A stretch of 64,000 nt of DNA from Paramecium tetraurelia. Its lineage: Eukaryota. The stretch spans positions 62,001 to 126,000 of the forward strand of contig CT868074.1 of NCBI GenBank assembly GCA_000165425.1, written 5' to 3'. This document shows, piece by piece, positions 55,561 to 64,000 of the stretch (the first letter of the stretch is position 1; every line of letters starts with the position of its first letter). The notes under the pieces are model-generated. The model saw only the letters and a list, made by a program, of their open reading frames with translations, did not search any database and was not told where the DNA came from. Made by a program: the position numbers and the translations under genes.

Positions 55561-56351
55561 GTATAAAAATGATGATCTTTTTTTTGTATATATTTTTCAT
55601 AATTAGTATTTCCTAAAGAATTAACTTGATACAAAGATTAAAAATTAATATATATAAACATTACTGTACGAGAAAATATTCAGAGTTTTGATTATTTGAA
55701 GTAATACAGACTCAACCACCCTTTTAGAATTTAATTTATGATTAAACAATATTTTTCATAATCTAATTCAATGCTTAACTTAATAAACTTTCTTGATGAA
55801 AATTATTAAAACATTTTTAATGTTTTTCAATAGGGTAGTGGCCTGTTATCAAGTATGATGGCAAGCTTTTTTCCATTAAGTGACTCAATATTCTAATAAG
55901 TTAAATTAAGTATACAATAATAAAATATACAGTATATTTTATCCACTTCTTATTTACCTTTTAAATTTTCTAGAACTATGCCTCAAAGTTACTTCATCAA
56001 GAAATATAATTTACAATTTTTCTTTATTTTAACTTACATAATTTCTTGCTAAATTTTAGATATCCTTATTTGAATCATCAGGGTATCCTGAGTTTTATAT
56101 GCATTTTATTCAAACAAAAATTATTCATGCTGTTCATTTGAAAGGATTTATTTTGCAATAATATAAATCTTGTGATTTCGATAAAATTACGGTTTTTATA
56201 TCTATATTTGAATATAAATTAATGAATTAGTGAAACATATTTATAAATATCGCGATATCAAGTATCATACAATAGCGGGCAGATCAAAAACGATTGACCT
56301 CCCACTCAGCCTTTTCCCTTACCGCTTATCAACATCCTTCAAACTTTGCTC

Positions 56352-56501
56352 NNNNNNNNNNNNNNNNNNNNNNNNNNNNNNNNNNNNNNNNNNNNNNNNN
56401 NNNNNNNNNNNNNNNNNNNNNNNNNNNNNNNNNNNNNNNNNNNNNNNNNNNNNNNNNNNNNNNNNNNNNNNNNNNNNNNNNNNNNNNNNNNNNNNNNNNN
56501 N
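56352..56501. other. Assembly gap (N run)
   Basis: Run of Ns. Confidence 0.99.
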
Positions 56502-57768
56502 ATTAAATGAGTTATGTTTTTGAAATGGAAATTGAGTTTAAGAAAATGATTTTAATTCCTTAATGATTAACTAAAATTAATTTAAATATTTTTTCTCTCC
56601 TTTTTGATCAATTGATAGGCGAATTCAATTTACTGTTATATATCTATTATTTCCTCTAAAATTTGATAAAGATTATGAACGTTTTGATTTTATATATCGT
56701 GAAATACATTAAATATTAAAAATATATATATATAAAAAATAAATTAACATTCCAATTTAATATTATTGTAAATAAAAAAATTCTATTTCAGATTTAAAAA
56801 CTGAGATAATATGTTATTTTCATAAATCTAATTATTATATGTTAGAATAAATTTTCAATATGAGATGTAAATAAATTTGTAGGTTCTGTTAGATCGATGT
56901 ATATTGCACTAGTGAGAAAAACTTTAATATGTATGATATATCATCAGCTGCAATCAATTGTACGAATTACTAAATGTTTCTGGAAAGTGGCAAAAGATTA
57001 GTTTCTATTCTGAATAGGAAAGAGATTTTTAGTAAAGATATATAAACTTAGGATTTATCGTTAAAGATATTATGATAAAAATGGATGACCAAAATATTAT
57101 GATATTATTTAAATTAGATGGAAATAATGAAGCATTTCAATAATATTTTGAGAATGATCAATATTTGGATTACCTTTTGATTATTTAAGGTTACAAATTT
57201 TTTTATAGCACTTGAAAATCGTTTGAAATTTCTTTGAGTAGAAAAACTGTTTTCAGTTTTTCAAAGGATAGAAAATTAAGTTGCTGATAGAAAATAAGTA
57301 ATGTCTTAACTATTAAAAAAATTAAAGAGAAAACGATAGGATTAAGATAGTGATGATGTATTTAATTTAACTTATTAGAATATTGAATCACTGTTACAGA
57401 AAAATGCTTTCCAATTAAATAGATAGCAGCCTAGTACCCTACTGAAAAACATTGAAATAGCTTCAAAAAAGATAAGTTAAATATTCAATTAAATTATGAT
57501 AATATTGTGTATTTGTATTGTTATCTGTTAATTAAATCTTTATAGAACTGATTAAAATCCTATTGTTTATATAATAAAGTAGAAGTTTTTGGGTGGGATA
57601 TAAATATATATTTTAATTTATAGTTCTAACTTATTTATTACGAGTATTAAACTTTTTTCATATAAATAATCTTTCACAAAACTCTTCTTGGTGATTCCTA
57701 TAATTATTCTATAGAATTTATATATTAAATTAATATTAATTACATCATCAAAAATATTAATTGTTCAG

Positions 57769-58744
57769 ATGGAGAAAACAAAGATAATTGTTGCTATAAC
57801 TCTAATTTTAGGTGCAATTAGTGTTGCCATAAACACAACGGATAGGAAATTGATATTAACTGAGTCTCAGAATGATTCATTTTTAAAGAAACTTAATATT
57901 GTAAATAATATTATTGAATTTCCAGAATACAGTTAATGAACAAAAAGAAGGCATGGCTTATAGAGAAGCTTATGAAGATGGATAAATTGAAGGAATGAGA
58001 TATAGAGAGATTGAAGATTAAGAAATTTAAGAAGAAAATCATATTGAAGGCATGGCATACAGAGAAGTTTATGAAGATGGATAAATTGAAGGAATGAGAT
58101 ACAGAGAGATTGAAGACTAAGAAATTTAAGAAGAAAATCATATTGAAGGCATGGCTTATAGAGAAATCTATTAAGATGGATAAATTGAAGGAATGAGATA
58201 TAGAGAGATTGAAGATTAAAAAATTTAATAAGAAAATCATATTGAAGGCATGGCTTACAGAGAAGTTTCTGAAGATGGATAAATTGAAGGAATGAGATAC
58301 AGAGAGATTGAAGACTAAGAAATTTAAGAAGAAAATCATAATGAAGGCATGGCTTATAGAGAAGTCTATTAAGATGGATAAATTGAAGGAATGAGATACA
58401 GAGAGATTGAAGACTAAGAAATTTAAGAAGAAAATCATATTGAAGGCATGGCTTATAGAGAAATCTATTAAGATGGATAAATTGAAGGAATGAGATATAG
58501 AGAGATTGAAGATTAAGAAATTTAATAAGAAAATCATATTGAAGGCATGGCTTATAGAGAAATCTATTAAGATGGATAAATTGAAGGAATGAGATACAGA
58601 GAGATTGAAGACTAAGAAATTTAAGAAGAAAATCATATTGAAGGTATGGCATACAGAGAAGTTTATGAAGATGGATAAATTGAAGGAATGACATATAGAG
58701 AAATAGAAACATCATAGAGCAATTAAGACTATGTGATATTTTGA
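57769..58744 (+). CDS. Secreted acidic tandem-repeat protein (316 aa), candidate multi-core peptide precursor
   Basis: MEKTKIIVAITLILGAISVA signal peptide; 25-nt intron 57901-57925; 33-aa repeats EGMAYRE.YEDGQIEGMRYREIEDQEIQEENHI; TGA at 58742-58744. Confidence 0.85.
57947..58708 (+). repeat. 99-bp coding tandem repeat, 7 full copies plus one partial copy
   Basis: Unit starts (GAAGG[C/T]ATGGC) at 57947, 58046, 58145, 58244, 58343, 58442, 58541 and 58640. Confidence 0.97.
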
Positions 58745-60784
58745 TTTCATTATTAATTGAAAATATGAATATTACATTTTTGCAAAATATTTTTGTTTAA
58801 ACTCTATTTGTTTTGCTTCAACAATTTAACCTGTGATGTTTATTTTAGCAAATATTCATTTGTATTTAAGGTTATTTTAATTACGAAAATATATTACTTT
58901 TAATTTAATATAATGTAAATTTATTTTGGATTTATAGGGCAGATACCTTTTAAATAAGGTTTTACAATTCTCAATATAAGACTCATTCAAATATTAAGGC
59001 ATTTTAAAATAACTCGTATCAATTATTTTTTAGGATATTTCTTTTGAGTAATGGATTTAATTTTTGTTTAAGTTGATCTATTTTTATAAAAATTTAATTA
59101 ATTATTGTTGTGTATAAGATATATGAAAGCAAAACACTTCGTTGGTTACATACAATTAGGATGTTTTCAATGGCTGAGTTTTAATTTAAAAAATATTTAT
59201 AAAAGTTAAATTATTATTTTTTTATCAAAAAAATCTCAAATAAGAATTAATTCTAATCATTCTGAAGATTTTCTAGTTATTAATATGCCATTAAGATTTT
59301 TAAATATTTATAATTCATCCAAACTTTCAATATTTAGCATTGGCTTTCTTTTAAAAATTATTTATTGATATTATTTATTCTTAACTAATGAAATATGAGA
59401 GATTTTCATGAAATAAATTTAAGACCAATAAATCAACTTCATCCTGATAACATTTCTATAATTTTATAAGAGATAACTACAAATAATAGTTATTAGCTTC
59501 TTATCCAAAATGTAAATTTCCATTCTGAAATTTTTTTTATAGAAAGATTACGGATTTACTATCAAATTAAATTGCTGGTATATTTATTTGCCTTTAAGTA
59601 ATGAGAAACAAAAATTGAGCTCTTCCCAAAGTTACATTATCTATCAAAATTAAGTAAAGTATGGTACTCATTCCTGAAGCATTGGTACTGGCTTGCATAA
59701 TAGGTTTGTTTCTGTTAATTGTAGTGATATTCTAAACCTACCAAGTATTACTGTAAATTTCTGATTATTAGTGCTAAGAATGAATTTTTAACATTATCAT
59801 CTTTAATCTTTACTTTAATCATAAAGAATCTTGTAAATATAATAAAGAAGAATTGCCTATTTGGCTAATCAAATTTATAGAGGCTATTAAAGCCAACTAA
59901 ATTATTTTTATTTGCAGAGACTTTACTATCCTTCTAGCCCTTTTTAATTTATGACTCCTTTGCTCCACCTTCAATCCAGGAGATTTAAGAGGAAATATCT
60001 CTATATATAAGTATCTAGCCGAAATGATTATATGCTATTCTTTCTGCTAACCGAAGTAGTTATTCCCTAAGTTTTAAGTAGATCATAAATAATAGAAAAT
60101 ACCTATTTTACAAAATTTAACACAATTGTACTCACTTTAAGAGGCTTAACCCAAATATTACTAACTATTATTATTATTATTTCACCCTTTTTCAGGGAAC
60201 AATACAAACATAAATTAAATTATTGTATTAACTCCTAAAATACTCTACAACAAATCTCTCTATCACCAACTCATTTTTTCTCTTTTTGTATCTGTAATTA
60301 AATCAATTGAGCAAATTTGGAAATTATTTAAAGAAAAAGTAAACAAAATTAACTTTATAATAAATATAAGATTTTTCGATAATACATTGTTTCTTAAAGA
60401 ATAGTTTTATTATTAAACCCTTTTTCGAGTTTGTTTAAGCTCAACTGTGTTTATCTTTCACTGTTAAGAGATAATATATCTTAAGTAATACTTTCCCTCA
60501 AATCTTTTTCTTCTATCCCTATTAATTATGATATGGTTGTATAAATTAAATTACCTAATTTTTGATAATGGATTTATCTCTTTCAAATATTATCTCTTCT
60601 TTAATGTGCTCAACTTCTTTATTAATAATTTATTAATTTGATTTCAATTTGATGCCTATTCTATTTAACCCAATTTTATTTTCCTTTGATTGAATTAAAT
60701 TTGAAAAATTCTTCTATCTCTCTAAATATTTAAGAAAATCATTAAGAAACCTCACTAGAAATAAATATAAATCAAAATATATCA

Positions 60785-61573
60785 ATGAGGGACATNNNNN
60801 NNNNNNNNNNNNNNNNNNNNNNNNNNNNNNNNNNNNNNNNNNNNNNNNNNNNNNNNNNNNNNNNNNNNNNNNNNNNNNNNNNNNNNNNNNNNNNNNNNNN
60901 NNNNNNNNNNNNNNNNNNNNNNNNNNNNNNNNNNNNNNNNNNNNNNNNNNNNNNNNNNNNNNNNNNNNNNNNNNNNNNNNNNNNNNNNNNNNNNNNNNNN
61001 NNNNNNNNNNNNNNNNNNNNNNNNNNNNNNNNNNNNNNNNNNNNNNNNNNNNNNNNNNNNNNNNNNNNNNNNNNNNNNNNNNNNNNNNNNNNNNNNNNNN
61101 NNNNNNNNNNNNNNNNNNNNNNNNNNNNNNNNNNNNNNNNNNNNNNNNNNNNNNNNNNNNNNNNNNNNNNNNNNNNNNNNNNNNNNNNNNNNNNNNNNNN
61201 NNNNGAGCTTCAAATCTTTGGAAAAGGGGAGTAATAGAAGAACTCATGTAATCATATAGATTCTAGAACGAATGATGATGAGGAGATGGGCGCCCACAAT
61301 ATTTTCGATCATAATGTTGAGTCACAGAATGGAAATAATGGAAGTATTTTTTCAATCTTTTTTCAAATACATATTTAATAAATCATCACAAAGATCAGAA
61401 TGCGCAGTGAAATTTCAACAATTTACCAATATAAACATTAAAGGAATGGGTTACTTGGCTAGTTTTAATTAATTCATACGTCCCCAATGCTATAAATTCT
61501 TAAATCATTGGGCATTAGCGATTAAACATTTGTGTTAAATGAAATGGAACCTAGATTTACCAATAAGCGATGA
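60785..61573 (+). CDS. Hypothetical protein spanning an assembly gap
   Basis: ATG at 60785 just before the gap; 123-codon code-6 frame at 61205-61573 after it (ELQIFGKGEQQ...RTNDDEEMGAHNIF). Confidence 0.35.
60796..61204. other. Assembly gap (N run)
   Basis: Run of Ns. Confidence 0.99.
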
Positions 61574-61888
61574 TTATAGGACTCACTTCCCTGATATGTT
61601 GATGATTAAAAATAATCTAATAATTATAATATCTGAGATTATCAAAAAATGAATTGGAAACCATGGAGGTCATTGATAAAATAAAATTTTAAGAATAACA
61701 GAAGACTATCAAGCTGTCCATAATAAATGGATTTAACTTTTAAGGGTTGAAACAAAAAATAAAATGAAAAATAGAACAAAATTAAATTTTATTTAAATTT
61801 ATTTCTTTATTCCTTTATTTTCAATTTATCTTTTGAATATTAATTAAAATTCTTCGAAAATTTAGAAAATTTAATATTGTATTTAAAT

Positions 61889-64000
61889 TCATTATTGACT
61901 TTCCGGAAAGACTTTACTAAATAATTTCTAATTTGCTTTTCCACTTTTACAAGATGCTAAAGTTATTTCTATATCTCGTGATATCGAGGATATCTACTAT
62001 TTCTGCATAATACTGTTAATTCCCTTTTCTATTTTTTCTTACTCTTGTTTGAAATGGGTTTTATTTTCAAATATTGATAGTTCTGTCTCTTTCTTTCCTT
62101 ATTAAATAATTCTAGACACTGATAAAATTTACTTCTTTATTTTATTAAATTTTATTTATATTCTTTTCCTTTTTTCTTCCTTGTTTTCAAAAAATCTCCA
62201 TTTTTAAATACAATCAAATTTTAAAAACTTTTTAAATTTTTGGCATCTCATTAATATTTAATTACCCATTTCTATAAAGTATGCTTTTAGCAGAGTCTTA
62301 ATCATTAGAATCATAAAATATAAATTGATGCAAATCAATATGATATACAAAGGATATACAATTTCTTAATTTTGTTAAGAAACATGAATTCCAATGCCAA
62401 GTACAACAGAAAAACCACACACTTATGTCATTATGTTATCCAATTGATTTAATACCTTAGATTCGTAGGGTTAGTATTTTATGGTCAGTTATTAATAGAT
62501 AAATATGATGATATATATCAAACTTGCTTTAATGATAATTTTTGTCTCATAAAGTGCCAAAACTATAATAATTAACTCCTTTTCAACTAATTTTACTATT
62601 TCCCAAAAATATCCTGACTTTTTATATTCATTATATAGAAATCCCCAATTCATTCTAGTCTCATTGCTATCCAGATCATTTCTATTGTAAAATAAAATCA
62701 TAAAGAATGCTAATGGAATGACAAAAGCAATAAGGATAAAAAAAGGGAAACAAAAGCACAAAATCCAATTAAAATGACTTTCTGTATCGTACCGATATGC
62801 AACATTTATAGATATCCATTCATACCCTGAAATTGCTCTATATGACATTAATTTTATAAATCCTTCAATTAAGCTGGGTTGCAAAATAATAAACATATTA
62901 ATAAGTGTTGTAAAAAGTACAGTGGAATGATATTTACATCTCTTTAAGAGAATACAAAGTCCATAACCGCCCAAGAACAATAATACATATATGATTGGCA
63001 TTAGTAATTGCCATAACATTCGTAAATAGTGGAGTTCGATAATTGAATTGAGATAAATTAAAAAGCAATCTAGGGAATAAGAGACAGTTTTTATAGGATT
63101 TCCAGTTGAATTGATTGCATAATTAAGTTCATCTGGAAATGATAACCTAAAAGTTGTTAAAGTCATAATAATTTATAGGTAATTGGTGAGAATCTTACCC
63201 AGTAATTCTTCATTTAAAGGTTGAGACACTAAGATTAATCCTGCCTTTTGCAATTTAACCGCTAATAATTTATTAATTACAATAGTAACTGTACTTTTTG
63301 TAGACATAAGTATCGTCAACAAAGTCCTAAAATATTTTCTTTATGAATACCAAATACTAATCCCTAATATTGAGAAGAGATTAATGTATTATTCTGTGCA
63401 TCTTCCACATTAATAAGGCCCACTAATTGAGTACATTCCATCTCCCCTTATATCTGAAATATCACATTATTCACACAATGCTCCTATATGTCCAGTGATA
63501 CAAGAATAATCACCTTCCTTCCAACCACCAAGACAACTTTCTGGTAGATTATAACAATATTCTACTTAATTTGTATCAAAATAAGCTCTCCAATAACCCT
63601 AGATATGTATATTAATATTACTGGATATAGATTTAGCTAGTTAGATGTGATTTCTTTAATAGATATCTCATCTAATAAATTACATTTTTCCTAATTGAGT
63701 TCCAATTAATAAAAATTATTTTAATAATCACAAACTTCACATGTTCCATAGGTTTTATTAATTATTTCTCCATATTAACATGGATATGTTTTAATATTAA
63801 GGTGGAGACTATAATTGTTATGGTAATTTAAAATTTCATATGGGAATTGTTAATTGAAAATAGGTATGAGAATCCTATCACATTTAATTTCTATTTATAA
63901 AATTAAATCATCTTGTTAAAAAGTATTAAATAAAAGAATTAAGTCATCTAAATTATAATCGTTAGTTTCTCTATTATAAGGAATTTCAATTTTGTTTGTA
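61889..64000 (-). CDS. Large ciliate multi-TM surface protein, C-terminal part (5'-partial)
   Basis: GYWR...CYNLPESCLGGWKEGDYSCITGHIGALCEQCD Cys-rich stalk followed by several TM helices and WGFLYNEYKKSGYFWEIVKL. Confidence 0.85.

Noticed and set aside
56230..56523. ORFs made of X residues (also the minus-strand ones at 60714-61247)
   Set aside because: Artefacts of N runs.
56860..57620. Plus-strand ORF-like tract (MDDQNIMILF...)
   Set aside because: Interrupted by TGA, no family recognised, and AT-rich code-6 frames stay open by chance.
57947..58708. CRISPR-like array
   Set aside because: Contiguous in-frame repeats with no unique spacers, eukaryotic context and no cas genes.
57911..58715. 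241-aa and 260-aa minus-strand ORFs in the track
   Set aside because: Antisense shadows of the 99-bp repeat. The plus strand has the signal peptide, intron and synonymous-variation pattern.

Overview
AT-rich eukaryotic DNA from a ciliate, most likely a Paramecium macronuclear scaffold. Long reading frames open only if TAA/TAG are read as Gln (translation table 6, TGA the sole stop), and genes carry 22-31 nt GT..AG introns. The supplied ORF track uses the wrong code and shows only fragments. I translated by hand, so some boundaries may be off by a codon or an intron. About 30 gene models are present. They include a NACHT-like P-loop protein, two CAMK-type kinases, a TBC Rab-GAP, LRR, RCC1 and PP2C proteins, a LAMTOR4-like roadblock protein, a DUF4215 Cys-rich surface protein, a TPR/CaaX protein, a tandem pseudokinase, an INTS6 homologue, a Nup62-like FG protein, a two-TM channel-like protein, ATP-dependent PEPCK, a scramblase and a large multi-TM surface protein. 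Positions 1-44 kb are mostly very gene-dense. Positions 44-62 kb contain pseudogenes, long intergenic stretches and two assembly gaps. The standout is an isolated gene at 57769-58744: a signal peptide followed by a 99-bp tandem array encoding 16 copies of an EGM[A/R/T]YRE core between acidic spacers, which resembles a multi-core peptide precursor. No tRNA, rRNA, CRISPR array, transposase or telomere repeat was recognised.
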